A stretch of 64,000 nucleotides of DNA from Candidatus Bathyarchaeota archaeon (GCA_018396535.1 JAGTQC010000001.1:160001-224000), one strand, 5' to 3'; positions 40,190 to 50,578 are shown, counted from the stretch's first letter. Notes: a model not told the origin generated them from the letters alone. Program-made: numbers and translations.

Positions 40190-41415
40190 GATGAATAGAG
40201 TTTTCTAAGGAAGTCTACTGATGCTTCTACAAGCTTCTCCCCGCTCCCCCTCTCTACTAGGCATACAGGTATGGATACTTCGTAGCCTCCTTCATCGTAT
40301 GCGTTAACCGTAGGTATGTATCCAAGCTCACTCGTAGAGCATCCGGCTATCATCGTATAGCGGAATGGGGACATCTTCTTAATCGATAAGCCTAATTCTA
40401 CGAATAATTCACCTGGTAATGCTACTATGCCTAGATCCCCTATCCTGAAACCTCGAATAGATACATCAGCTACCCCATGCGGGAATGATCTATCGATCAG
40501 CTGACGTATATGGAGTGTAAGCCTATCGATATCCCTAGATCCACCTGGAGTCGGTATAGGTCTAAGTTTAAGCTGGATCATTGTCGAAGCTACCGAGAAT
40601 TTAGCTTCATCTACCAAATCCGCCAGCTCCATAATCTTCACAGCTTCACATCCTATAGCTTTACCCATACGTATAGCATCATCGAAGCATCCCATACTTC
40701 TATCGTAGATCCTCTCTATATTCGTACCAGGAGTGTATGGATTTATATCACCGAAGGCTCCGTTTAGGAATAGGCAGATACCGCCTTCTAGAGATTCTAC
40801 AGTCCTAGATAGGTATCCTGGATATTCTCCTGTAATCAGTAGGTTATTCGATCCTAGAACGACGGCGTGGCATGTGAAGTTTACTATCGATGCAACTACA
40901 CGTCCATATTCATCCTCGGCTTTGAATACTATTAGTTCATCATCTACCGGGCCTGATCCAGGCTTCCTCCTATTTATAATCCATTTATCGAATCTACCTA
41001 CGCCGTAGCCGATCTTTACTCTACGTCTACGATTGTATGCTTCGATTATAGATGAGGATATCAGACCTGGTAGGAGTTCTAGATACTCATCTAGGAACCT
41101 GTATCTCTCTACTGAGTGGAATCCTATTACTGATGGTCCTGAATGGTTGTGGACGGCTGATAGGATTATAGAATCTCTAGGTATACCTATCTCGCTTTCC
41201 ACGGTCTCCTCTACTAAGGCTGCTATACTTCTAGTTACGTATAGTAGTTCTAGTGATGATAGAGCTACGAAGTTTTCTCCATCACCTAGAACTATACTCC
41301 TCGCGTATATATGATCGTGTATACCTATGGAGGGCATCCTCCTAGATAGATATCCATCCATAGGTACACCTATAGGAGGGGTTATCCTAACCTTAGATGC
41401 GCCTAACTCTACCAT
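40186..41415 (-). CDS. Neutral/alkaline ceramidase N-terminal-domain family amidohydrolase
   Basis: ITPP-G-PM-GY, HNHSGP, NFTCH, GAFGDINP, PGELF and GYIP----Y--GGYE. Confidence 0.85.
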   Translation of the reverse strand: MVELGASKVRITPPIGVPMDGYLSRRMPSIGIHDHIYARSIVLGDGENFVALSSLELLYVTRSIAALVEETVESEIGIPRDSIILSAVHNHSGPSVIGFHSVERYRFLDEYLELLPGLISSSIIEAYNRRRRVKIGYGVGRFDKWIINRRKPGSGPVDDELIVFKAEDEYGRVVASIVNFTCHAVVLGSNNLLITGEYPGYLSRTVESLEGGICLFLNGAFGDINPYTPGTNIERIYDRSMGCFDDAIRMGKAIGCEAVKIMELADLVDEAKFSVASTMIQLKLRPIPTPGGSRDIDRLTLHIRQLIDRSFPHGVADVSIRGFRIGDLGIVALPGELFVELGLSIKKMSPFRYTMIAGCSTSELGYIPTVNAYDEGGYEVSIPVCLVERGSGEKLVEASVDFLRKLYSS

Positions 41416-41475
41416 ACCATATCTAAATGAGGTTATTAACGCTTAAATCTCTATCGTATCGATCGTATCATAGGC

Positions 41476-42516
41476 ATGGTTAGACGTATACCTGTAGTAG
41501 ATCTACACGAGGATATAGCCTACCACTATGTTACTGGCGGTAACGGTGTATCTAAGCCTCTACCCTTCGATATGGATATCGAAGGTAGGGATGCAGATAT
41601 ACCTAAGTATCTTAGTGGGAATGTAAAGCTAGTATTCGCATCTATATTCCCGCTTATGCCTACGTTCAACCCTAAGCTAGCTTCTAAGATTTGGAGTGGG
41701 TATGGTGGTATAGAGACTGTATGCGTGAATACTGGTAGAGCTGTTAAATTGAATGTTCTAGAGCAGATTAAGGTGTATAGGAGGATGGCTAGCTCTTATG
41801 ATAGGATAATGCTAGTAGAGGAGCGGGGGGATATAGATAGGATTCTCCATACCGATAGTATAGGATTCTTGATATCGATCGAGGGGACGGAGGCTTTAGA
41901 TGATACCGATGATTTAGAGCTATTCTATAAGCTGGGTGTTAGGAGTATACAGCTTACATGGAACTATGATTGTAGAGCTGCTGCTTCGTGTATGAGTAGG
42001 AGGGATTATGGGCTTACAGGTTTTGGTGAGGAGGTTGTAGAGGAGGCTAATCGTCTAGGTATGTTGATCGATCTATCCCATGCGAGTGAGCGTACATGTA
42101 TAGAAGCTATAGAGGTATCGAAGCTACCGGTTATAGTTAGTCATGCGAATGTAGCTAGGGTTAAACCTCATCCGAGAAATCTATCTGATAAGGTTTTAGA
42201 GAAGTTGGAGTCTAATGGTGGTATCGTAGGGTTTACGTTCATCCCATCTACTATAGCAGATAAGCCATCGATCGATCGATTCGTAGATCATGTAATCTAC
42301 GTCTACGAGCATTATAGCGATGATATACTAGCTCTAGGTACAGACTACTTCGGCTTGATATACTCTAAGCCTCCAGAAGGTTTAGAGAATATATCTAGGA
42401 TCACGGTATTATGGGATAGGCTTCTCGAGAAGGGTTTATCCGAATCTTCTCTCGAAAAGCTAGCGTATAGGAATGCTCTGAGAGTATTGGATATGCATGC
42501 TCATCTTTGGAAGTGA
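41476..42516 (+). CDS. Membrane dipeptidase family M19
   Basis: DLHED, EG, LTWN, DLSH, SHAN, RN--D and GTDY-G. Confidence 0.9.
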   Translation: MVRRIPVVDLHEDIAYHYVTGGNGVSKPLPFDMDIEGRDADIPKYLSGNVKLVFASIFPLMPTFNPKLASKIWSGYGGIETVCVNTGRAVKLNVLEQIKVYRRMASSYDRIMLVEERGDIDRILHTDSIGFLISIEGTEALDDTDDLELFYKLGVRSIQLTWNYDCRAAASCMSRRDYGLTGFGEEVVEEANRLGMLIDLSHASERTCIEAIEVSKLPVIVSHANVARVKPHPRNLSDKVLEKLESNGGIVGFTFIPSTIADKPSIDRFVDHVIYVYEHYSDDILALGTDYFGLIYSKPPEGLENISRITVLWDRLLEKGLSESSLEKLAYRNALRVLDMHAHLWK

Positions 42517-42562
42517 ATATTATCCTCTCAATGTTTAATTACTACGAGTATACATCTTCAGT

Positions 42563-44176
42563 ATGGGTGTAGGTAGAAGGGTTGAGTATATGGCTGTAGA
42601 TAGCTTACCAGCTGAGCGTGATGATGGTAACGTAGAGTATAAGCTTAGGGTTACCGGTATAGGTGGGAGGGAACTTGAGAAGCTAGCTTCGCAGATGAAG
42701 TATAGGCTGGATGAGGGTGGAGGGGAGGCTTTCTATGAAATAGGTGTAGCGGATGATGGAGAGATTATAGGTCTACCTGAGGAGCAGTTGTATGAGAGTA
42801 TAGATAATCTTAGGAGGGCTGCTAGTATTATAGGAGCTAAACTTAAGATTCTGAGAATCGAGAGGGGTCGTAGAGGGTTTATCGCAGAAATCCATGTAAG
42901 ATATAGTAGGGATGATAGGTATCCGGTATTCGTAACTATACCGCTACTCGGGAATGTCGATTCGGGTAAATCTAGTTTGATAGGTGTATTGACGACGGGT
43001 GTATTGGATGATGGGAACGGCTCTGCTATGAGGAGGGTAGCCCGCTTCCTTCACGAGGTTAAGAGTGGTAGGACTTCATCGATATCCACTCATCTACTTG
43101 GTTTCGATGATAATGGTAAGCCAGTTAACTATGAGCTCTTATCACCTCTAGATGAAGCTCAGATCTTCATGAAGAGTGCTAAAATCCTCTGTTTTGTAGA
43201 TCTAGCTGGTCATGAAAGGTATCTTAGAACAACTCTTAAAGGTGTCCTGGGGCGTAAACCTGACTACGCTATCCTAACGGTAGCTGCTAACGCTGGTATA
43301 GTAGGTATGGCTAAGGAGCATCTAGGTGTAGCTATAGCTTTGAAGCTACCTGTAGTGATCGTCGTTACTAAGATAGATCTTGTAGATAGATCTAAAGTCG
43401 ATGAGACTGTATCGGATATATGTAGGCTTATCAAGATGCCTGGTGTGAACCGTATACCCTTCATCGTTAAGAGTAGGGATGATGCTGTAGTAGCTGCGAG
43501 AACTGTGACTAGCGAGAGGGTGACGCCTATATTCAAGGTATCGAATACTACTGGTGAGGGGTTAGATCTCCTCAGATTCTTCCTCGATATAATACCTCCA
43601 CGTCTAAGATGGGATGAGTATGTGAGGATGCCGTTCCTCATGTATATCGATGATAAATTCGATGTTAAGGGTGTGGGTCTAGTTGTGAGTGGGCTTACGG
43701 TTCAAGGTATGGTTAAGATTGGTGATATACTTCAGTTAGGCCCGTTTAGCGATGGATCGCTTAGACTTGTTAGGGTTAAATCTATACATGTATGTCGGAT
43801 GCCTGTCGATGAAGCATATGCTGGGCAGGATGTATGTCTAGCTATAGCTAACGTCGATTATGATGAGGTGGAGAAGGGTATGACTCTAGCTGGTGAGGGG
43901 GTGAATGTTAAGCCTGTATGGATGTTCGAATCTAGGATAACGGTTCTACATCATCCTACGACTATAAGGAGAGGGTATAATGCGACTATACACCTCCATA
44001 CGATAAGGGAGGCTGTGGAGTTCGTCGATATGGAGAGGGAGCCTTTAAGAACTGGTGATACCGCCTATGTTAAGCTTAGGTTTAAGTATAGGCCTAGATT
44101 CGTAAGGATCGGGGATAATTTCGTATTCCGTGAGGGTAGGACTAGGGGTATAGGCTATATAACATCCATACTGTAG
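42563..44176 (+). CDS. GTPBP1-like translational GTPase
   Basis: E-DDGNVEYK N-domain, GNVDSGKS, HE--SGRTSS, DLAGHE, TKID and FREGRTRG-G. Confidence 0.92.
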   Translation: MGVGRRVEYMAVDSLPAERDDGNVEYKLRVTGIGGRELEKLASQMKYRLDEGGGEAFYEIGVADDGEIIGLPEEQLYESIDNLRRAASIIGAKLKILRIERGRRGFIAEIHVRYSRDDRYPVFVTIPLLGNVDSGKSSLIGVLTTGVLDDGNGSAMRRVARFLHEVKSGRTSSISTHLLGFDDNGKPVNYELLSPLDEAQIFMKSAKILCFVDLAGHERYLRTTLKGVLGRKPDYAILTVAANAGIVGMAKEHLGVAIALKLPVVIVVTKIDLVDRSKVDETVSDICRLIKMPGVNRIPFIVKSRDDAVVAARTVTSERVTPIFKVSNTTGEGLDLLRFFLDIIPPRLRWDEYVRMPFLMYIDDKFDVKGVGLVVSGLTVQGMVKIGDILQLGPFSDGSLRLVRVKSIHVCRMPVDEAYAGQDVCLAIANVDYDEVEKGMTLAGEGVNVKPVWMFESRITVLHHPTTIRRGYNATIHLHTIREAVEFVDMEREPLRTGDTAYVKLRFKYRPRFVRIGDNFVFREGRTRGIGYITSIL

Positions 44177-44232
44177 ATAGTCTTAATTAGGCTATACCTG
44201 CTTCTAGATCCTTTAATCGGGGGGTGTGGTAG

Positions 44233-45069
44233 TTGAGGGTATACATTATGACAGATATGGAGGGGGCGACTTGTATAGTTAGACCAGAACAGGCTGGTTG
44301 GGATGGGTATACAGGGTTAGAGTATCAGGAGGCTCGTAGGATGCTTACTAGCGATGTGAACGCGGCGGTGGAGGGTGCTATTCAGGGTGGAGCTGATGAA
44401 GTCTACGTGGATGATCTCCATGGTGGTGGAGGAGCTTGGAATATAGTACCGGATCTGATGCATCCTAAAGCGGTCTATATACGTACCGATCACGAGTCTA
44501 GGCTTAGATTATCCCTACTCGATAGAGGCTTTGATTGCGTATTCCTGGTAGCCTACCATGCTATGGCTGGTAATCCTAAAGCCGTACTTTCCCATACATT
44601 CTCGTCTAGATCGATATATAGGGTTTCTGTAAACGGTGTCGAAGTTGGGGAGATATCTGTAGATTCAGCTATAGCTGGATCTCTAGGTGTACCGGTCGTA
44701 TTGGTGACTGGTTGTAGCGAAGCTGTAGCTGAAGCTAGGAGGTTTCTAGGCGGGGTGGAGGCTGTTGTGGTTAAGTATGGTTTAGCTCGTACATCAGCGT
44801 ATTGTCTACCATCTGGGAGGACTTCTGAGCTTATAAGAGAGGCTGCTAGGAGGGCTGTGGAGAATCTAGCTAGGGATAGGGGGGCTTATAGCGTATTCAG
44901 GTTCAGCGAGCCTGTAAGAGTTTTGGTTGAGTATATGCATCCTAACTATGCGGATAGGATGAAGGGTGTGTACGGCGTCGAGAGGGTTGGATCGAGGGAG
45001 ATTCTCTGTAAGACTGATAGGTTTATCGATGCTGCTAGGATGCTCGGCTGGGCTGGATCAACCCTCTAG
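44233..45069 (+). CDS. D-aminopeptidase DppA (M55 family)
   Basis: DMEG, D-H, YHA, HT and GE metal/catalytic motifs. Confidence 0.9.
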   Translation: MRVYIMTDMEGATCIVRPEQAGWDGYTGLEYQEARRMLTSDVNAAVEGAIQGGADEVYVDDLHGGGGAWNIVPDLMHPKAVYIRTDHESRLRLSLLDRGFDCVFLVAYHAMAGNPKAVLSHTFSSRSIYRVSVNGVEVGEISVDSAIAGSLGVPVVLVTGCSEAVAEARRFLGGVEAVVVKYGLARTSAYCLPSGRTSELIREAARRAVENLARDRGAYSVFRFSEPVRVLVEYMHPNYADRMKGVYGVERVGSREILCKTDRFIDAARMLGWAGSTL

Positions 45070-45608
45070 AGTTGTATGAAGCCTCTACTACGCATAGCTT
45101 CTATTATAGCTTCTACACATGATTCTGGATCGTTTACAGCTGTATTAAGCTTTAGATCTGGGTTTAAGGGTTCCTCGTATGGGACCTGTACTCCTGGTAG
45201 GGTTTCTATACTTCCTTCTAGAGCCATCCTGTATAACCCCTTCCTATCCCTAGCTATACATACCTCTAGCGGGCATTCTAGGTATACCTCCATGAATCTA
45301 CCTATCATCCTCCTAGCTTCATCCCTATACCTCCTCTTATTAGCTGTAGCATCGAAGATTACGTTAACACCGTTTCTAACTAGGAGCCATCCTATGTACG
45401 TTATAGCTCTATAGAAGTTATCCCTCTCCTCCTCTGTGTATTTTGGATTGGGTGTTAAGATTCTTCTAAGCTCATCTGATTCGAGTATCTGTGTATTGAT
45501 ACCGATTCTACGCAGCCTATCTGATAGCATCCTAGCTATAGTTGATTTACCACTTGATGGTAGACCTGTAATCCATACAGCCCATCCCTCACCCAACGAT
45601 ACCACCAT
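45066..45608 (-). CDS. cysC: Adenylyl-sulfate kinase-like P-loop kinase
   Basis: WITGLPSSGKST, RDRKGLY and PYEEP--PD; DATAN replaces the usual ISP segment. Confidence 0.75.
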   Translation of the reverse strand: MVVSLGEGWAVWITGLPSSGKSTIARMLSDRLRRIGINTQILESDELRRILTPNPKYTEEERDNFYRAITYIGWLLVRNGVNVIFDATANKRRYRDEARRMIGRFMEVYLECPLEVCIARDRKGLYRMALEGSIETLPGVQVPYEEPLNPDLKLNTAVNDPESCVEAIIEAMRSRGFIQL

Positions 45609-45716
45609 AGTATATATGGGATGCTAGCTATCTTAAACCTACCGTATCTTCCAATATGGATTTTACGATCAAAGTGATATAGGGGTTTTAGTATATAGTA
45701 AGCTTATGGTGATCTT

Positions 45717-45983
45717 ATGCCGTATATAAAGCCTGAGAGAAGGCCTCCTCTGGATAGGATCGTAGATGAGGTGGTAGATGTATTGGCGGGTACGCCGAGC
45801 CAGGAGTGGGATGGACAGTTGAACTATCTTATAACTAGGATATTGAAGAGGCTTTATGAGCCATCATACCTTAACTATGAGAGGGTTATGGGTCTTCTCT
45901 CCTGTATCCAGCATGAATTCTATAGGAGGTTTATAGCATCCTATGAGGATCGGAAGATCGTAGAGTATGGCGATATCTGTTAG
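45717..45983 (+). CDS. Small conserved helical protein (DUF6899-like)
   Basis: MPYIK--RR, G-LNY-IT and EFYRR----YED-K----GD pattern; GGTGA SD. Confidence 0.7.
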   Translation: MPYIKPERRPPLDRIVDEVVDVLAGTPSQEWDGQLNYLITRILKRLYEPSYLNYERVMGLLSCIQHEFYRRFIASYEDRKIVEYGDIC

Positions 45984-46037
45984 AGTATGGATTGATGCTG
46001 GAGGTCTGGTAACGGCTATGCTATAGGTAGGGTTAGC

Positions 46038-47174
46038 CTATCCTTTATCTCTAAGGTATTCATCGACTTCTCTAGGATTGAACTCTTCTATCGATAGTGT
46101 ATTCTCTATGAAGTTTAGTATAGCTTTCCTCTTCCAATCCTCCATCTCCGGGTAGTATAGGGGGTGTACGACTACTAGTCCTCTAAAGCAGTAGAATGGT
46201 TGTATAACTCTCAGTATTTCTGTATCCCCTGTTTCACGTATGTATGCTTCGAATAGTTCTTCGAATAGTATTCTGAATGGCTGTGTATATGATCCATGCT
46301 TCCATATCGATATGAATAGGTAGTTTATAGTTAGAGCTGAGAGATCGTCTGCTGGTTCACCATATTCTTCACGCGAGTATTCTAGGATTACTGGTTGATC
46401 ATCGCTTCTAAACCTTATGTTTCCGAAGGGGTGGAAGTCACCGTGTATCCTGGATGCTCTATGCGTGTATCGTCTAAGCTTATACCTCCATTCGATCATC
46501 TTCTTCTCTAACTTTATGAGTCTATCTTCATCTATCCATCCTAGCTTAGCTAGATCTGGGTATGAATCTACTACCCCCATAAACATCTCTCCATGGCCTA
46601 CTAGATCTCTTATATGTCTCAGGTATAGGTTGCGGTTTTCGATCTTAACCCTATGGAGTATGGATAGATGTGATGCTAGTATCCTACACCTACGTATATC
46701 TCTATCTGTTATAGTGTTTCTCGAAGCTATATCGAATAGATCGTATACGTATGGTCTACCATAATCCTCTGTAACTTCATCCATAACGTGTATGAATTCT
46801 ACTGCATCACCTATCGATTCTACGCTACCATCTGGTAGGAGGCATAGGACGTCTATAGAGGATATCTGTGATGGTAGGGGTGAGCTCTTATACAGGTTGT
46901 GTTGTAGTAGTAGTGATGCAGCTCTATCTGATACGTAATCGTGACCCCAGCCTGTATCTCCACGCATAATTCTGAGGACGAGGCTCCTCTCCACACCGTC
47001 TATATTCAACCTAATCCTATAAGCTACTGCATGGAAGCCTTCACCTAGCTTCTCATATCCGATAATCTTAGTAGGCTTCGATAACCTCTTCGATAGGAGG
47101 GTTTCCAACGATACTTTATCTATGAATATCTCCTTCGAACCTACTCTTATATTCATTCTGCTCACATATATCAT
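46038..47174 (-). CDS. Aminoglycoside-phosphotransferase (protein-kinase-like) fold protein
   Basis: LGEGFH Gly loop, IHGDFHP-GNI Brenner-type motif, GEPADD. Confidence 0.8.
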   Translation of the reverse strand: MIYVSRMNIRVGSKEIFIDKVSLETLLSKRLSKPTKIIGYEKLGEGFHAVAYRIRLNIDGVERSLVLRIMRGDTGWGHDYVSDRAASLLLQHNLYKSSPLPSQISSIDVLCLLPDGSVESIGDAVEFIHVMDEVTEDYGRPYVYDLFDIASRNTITDRDIRRCRILASHLSILHRVKIENRNLYLRHIRDLVGHGEMFMGVVDSYPDLAKLGWIDEDRLIKLEKKMIEWRYKLRRYTHRASRIHGDFHPFGNIRFRSDDQPVILEYSREEYGEPADDLSALTINYLFISIWKHGSYTQPFRILFEELFEAYIRETGDTEILRVIQPFYCFRGLVVVHPLYYPEMEDWKRKAILNFIENTLSIEEFNPREVDEYLRDKG

Positions 47175-47223
47175 CTAATATATCTTCGTAGATATAACTA
47201 TGATATGATCCGTGTGTAGGGTT

Positions 47224-48684
47224 TCAGTATCCCCCTTCTATACGCCATATAGTTTTACCTGGTAGATCTTCGAGCTTCACGCCTATTAACGCTAATCTCC
47301 TTCTTATCTCATCTGCCGTAGCGTAATCCTTCCTCCTCCTAGCTTCATTCCTGATATCGATTATTATATCGATTAGAGCTTCTACTAGTTTACTCGAAGC
47401 CTCTCTTCTTGGAGGGGTATCTGGTAAGCCTAGTATTCTAAGCTTACTCTTAAGTATGGATTCAGCTTCGTTTAGTATAGGTTTATTGATGCTAGGTAGG
47501 TCTACTAGCTTGTTGATTGTTCTAGATATCTCGAATAGGAAGCTTAATGCTTCAGCTGTATTGAAATCGTCATCCATAGATTCATCGAAGCTGTTCGATA
47601 ACCTATATAGTTCGCTTAGTATCTGCCTCTCTTCTGATGATGCTGGTTTATCTGAAGCCTTCTCTATCTTAGCCTCCTCTATTCTAGCAAGGCTATTCAT
47701 AAGCCTCTTCATATTGGATTCGGCTTCGTTCAGCTTCTCTTCGCGATAATCTAGCGTACTTCTATAGTGTGCTGATAGTATGAATAGCCTAACCGCTGCT
47801 GGACTATACTTTTCGAGTATATCTCTAACTCTGATATAGTTTCCTAGACTTTTAGCCATCTTCTCACCGTTCACGGTTAGTAATCCTGTATGCATCCAGT
47901 ATTTTACGAATGGTTTTCTACCTGTTAACGCTTCTGCTTGAGCTATTTCATTTTCGTGATGGGGGAATATGAGATCTACTGCTCCACCATGTATATCTAT
48001 CTGTTCTCCCAGGTATTTCATAGCCATAACGGTGCATTCTATATGCCATCCTGGGAAACCGTATCCCCATGGGCTAACCCATTTAAGCGGGTAGTCTATG
48101 CTAGCCTTCTTCCATAGAGCGAAGTCTCTTGGATCCCTCTTCCCAGGATGCACATCGATTCTAGCTCCAGCTATCATCTCCTCGATTCTAACCCTGGATA
48201 GCTTACCGTAGTCTGTGAATTTAGATACATCGAAGAATACGTTTCCATCAACCTCGTATGCGTAGCCCTTCTCTATAAGCTGTTTTATAGCTTCTATCAT
48301 ATCGATTATATGACCTGTAGCTCTAGGCGATATATCCGGTCTCCTAACACCTAGAGCATCCATATCCCTGAAGTATTCACGCATATAGAATTCTACTAGA
48401 GCCATAGGCTCCACCCTCTCTCTCAAAGCTCTACCTACAACCTTATCCTCCCCAGCTTCTGTTAGATGACCTACATCCGTTATATTCTGTACATAGAATA
48501 CTCTATAACCCCTATACTCCAGCCACCTGATTATAGCATCGAAGGCTACGTATGTTCTAGCATGACCTAGATGAGTCCAATCGTAGACTGTAGGTCCACA
48601 TACATATATGCCAACCCATCCCTCATGCAGCGGTTTGAAATCCTCCTTAACCCTACTAAGCGAATTATACACTCTAATAGCCAT
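47224..48684 (-). CDS. cysS: Cysteine--tRNA ligase
   Basis: CGPTVY, HLGH, GWHIEC, FPHHENE and KMAKS. Confidence 0.97.
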   Translation of the reverse strand: MAIRVYNSLSRVKEDFKPLHEGWVGIYVCGPTVYDWTHLGHARTYVAFDAIIRWLEYRGYRVFYVQNITDVGHLTEAGEDKVVGRALRERVEPMALVEFYMREYFRDMDALGVRRPDISPRATGHIIDMIEAIKQLIEKGYAYEVDGNVFFDVSKFTDYGKLSRVRIEEMIAGARIDVHPGKRDPRDFALWKKASIDYPLKWVSPWGYGFPGWHIECTVMAMKYLGEQIDIHGGAVDLIFPHHENEIAQAEALTGRKPFVKYWMHTGLLTVNGEKMAKSLGNYIRVRDILEKYSPAAVRLFILSAHYRSTLDYREEKLNEAESNMKRLMNSLARIEEAKIEKASDKPASSEERQILSELYRLSNSFDESMDDDFNTAEALSFLFEISRTINKLVDLPSINKPILNEAESILKSKLRILGLPDTPPRREASSKLVEALIDIIIDIRNEARRRKDYATADEIRRRLALIGVKLEDLPGKTIWRIEGGY

Positions 48685-48948
48685 CGAGCAAAATGGATAG
48701 TGTACAGGAAGGATTTAAACACTATGATCCACAGATACAGAAGTTAACCCATAACCTAAGAGATATTAAGCACCATATATTCAACCCTAAACCCTGGATA
48801 ATCTAGGTAACCTCTCAACGATCATACATCGATAAACCCTAGCATATCTATGGATACATCATGGTGGAAACAATACCGGATAGCATGGATAAATAGGGTA
48901 GGGGTTATACTAACACCTCAACCATATCCATATATGGAATCGTATATA

Positions 48949-49036
48949 CGCCGGGGGTGGGATTTGAACCCACGAGGGGCATACGCCCCACAGGCTCTCA
49001 AGGCCTGCGCGTTAGTCCAGACTCCGCAACCCCGGC
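48949..49036 (-). tRNA. tRNA-Ser (anticodon TGA)
   Basis: Reverse complement GCCGGGGTTGCGGAGTCTGGACTAACGCG-CAGGC-CTTGAGA-GCCTG with long variable arm, GTTCAAATC and discriminator G. Confidence 0.95.
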
Positions 49037-49106
49037 TTACAGGAATCATAAGAGAGTAGAGCTAACTCTCCTCTATAAGGGTTTCACGTATGGAGCTTGA
49101 TTAAAC

Positions 49107-49652
49107 CTAACTCCCTTCTACATGCCTCCTATACATCTCTACAGCTTTCTCTACAGCTTCCTCTGCTTTATCCACATCTAGCCAACCCTCTACCTTAACC
49201 CATTTACCAGGTTCAAGCTCCTTATAATGTTCGAAGAAATGCTCTATCTCTCTAATTATTGCTTCAGGTATATCTTTAAGACATCTTATACTTGATAACC
49301 TTGGATCCACATCCTCAGTCGGTACGGCTATAAGCTTCTCATCCCTACCCTTCTCATCCTTCATAAGCATTAAGGCTACAGGTCTAGCTTTAACCAATAC
49401 ACCTGGGTTTAGAGGCTGTGATGTTATCAATAGGCAATCCAACGGATCCCCATCCTCGCATAGGGTTCCAGGTATGAAGCCGTAATCGCATGGGTATGCC
49501 ATAGATGTGAATAGAACTCTATCTAAGACTAGTAATCCAGTCTCCTTATCTATCTCATACTTATTCTTAGATCCTCTAGGAACCTCTACAAGTATATAGA
49601 CTTCCTTAGGAAGCCTACCTTCAGGTCCAGGTTTGAGTTTAGATATCCACAT
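49107..49652 (-). CDS. ppa: Inorganic pyrophosphatase (family I)
   Basis: KYE, YP--YG, DGDPLD, D-K and FF-HYK. Confidence 0.96.
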   Translation of the reverse strand: MWISKLKPGPEGRLPKEVYILVEVPRGSKNKYEIDKETGLLVLDRVLFTSMAYPCDYGFIPGTLCEDGDPLDCLLITSQPLNPGVLVKARPVALMLMKDEKGRDEKLIAVPTEDVDPRLSSIRCLKDIPEAIIREIEHFFEHYKELEPGKWVKVEGWLDVDKAEEAVEKAVEMYRRHVEGS

Positions 49653-49662
49653 ACTACGCCAC

Positions 49663-50136
49663 CTATACCTTAGATAGAGCTTCTAGGATCATCTTCTTAA
49701 ACTCTTCTGTAAGCGATAGAAACTCCTCATCCCCAGCTAACCTATCCATAGTAACCTTCTGAGCTATAGCTTCAACCTCATTCTCACCGAACTTACTTAT
49801 AGCATAACCGATATTACACTCCTTCAAGAATCTTTCGAGAGCTCTACCTGCTAGAGCGTTGGAGACCGCATCTGCTAGAGTCTTCCTAATCATAGCTTCC
49901 TCACCGTATACATTCATTATCGCATAAACTACGATATCGGTGGCGAGGGAGAAGAGTATAGATGAGGATAGATCATCTATAAGCTCCTCTATACGCTTAG
50001 GATCTATACTAAGACGTTTAACCTCTCTACTCATAGAGGAGATAGCATCACTCCTAGCTCTAGGATCTAGGAGAGCTTCTCTTATAGACTTCTTTAAACT
50101 CCTATGTAGTAGCTCTTCAAAATACTCCTTACTCAT
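49663..50136 (-). CDS. Hypothetical helical protein
   Basis: 157-aa ORF with GGAGGT SD, co-oriented 10 nt upstream of ppa. Confidence 0.65.
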   Translation of the reverse strand: MSKEYFEELLHRSLKKSIREALLDPRARSDAISSMSREVKRLSIDPKRIEELIDDLSSSILFSLATDIVVYAIMNVYGEEAMIRKTLADAVSNALAGRALERFLKECNIGYAISKFGENEVEAIAQKVTMDRLAGDEEFLSLTEEFKKMILEALSKV

Positions 50137-50190
50137 CGAGTATACCTCCGATAGATGATCTTATACCAGCTAGATTATAGCCATACGATG

Positions 50191-50511
50191 CTACCAGTAT
50201 ACAGTCTCAGTCTTAATACCGTTTAAAACAGCTTCAGTCTCATCTGGTTCAAGCGTCTTTCTAACACCTAGTTTGAAATGCCAATCGAAGCATGCATACC
50301 TTACAAGCTTAACACGCATACCCCTAAGATGTTCAGGTAGCTTTTCATCAGGAGTTCTCTTACTAAAACCTGTAATCCTAACAGTATAGATAACCTTCTC
50401 CCACTCCAACCCCTCCTCATCCCTAATCTTCTCACCAGTACGATCGATAGCTTCGACAACTCCTTGAAGCTTCCTAATACTCTTAGTAGACATGACACTC
50501 CGACCGATCAA
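50191..50511 (-). CDS. Hypothetical small beta-rich protein
   Basis: 106-aa ORF with host-like codon usage and upstream TATA-like element. Confidence 0.65.
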   Translation of the reverse strand: MIGRSVMSTKSIRKLQGVVEAIDRTGEKIRDEEGLEWEKVIYTVRITGFSKRTPDEKLPEHLRGMRVKLVRYACFDWHFKLGVRKTLEPDETEAVLNGIKTETVYW

Positions 50512-50578
50512 TATAACTTAGAGTATCGAGATAAAAGACTTTCCCCCCTCTAGGAGTCTAAACCTACGTATACCTCTA

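Noticed and set aside
48850-49059. 69-aa ORF on the plus strand
   Set aside because: Overlaps tRNA-Ser on the opposite strand; spurious
49107-49652. Link between the fluoride-sensitive pyrophosphatase and the fluoride riboswitch
   Set aside because: More than 7 kb apart, on the opposite strand, in a separate transcription unit
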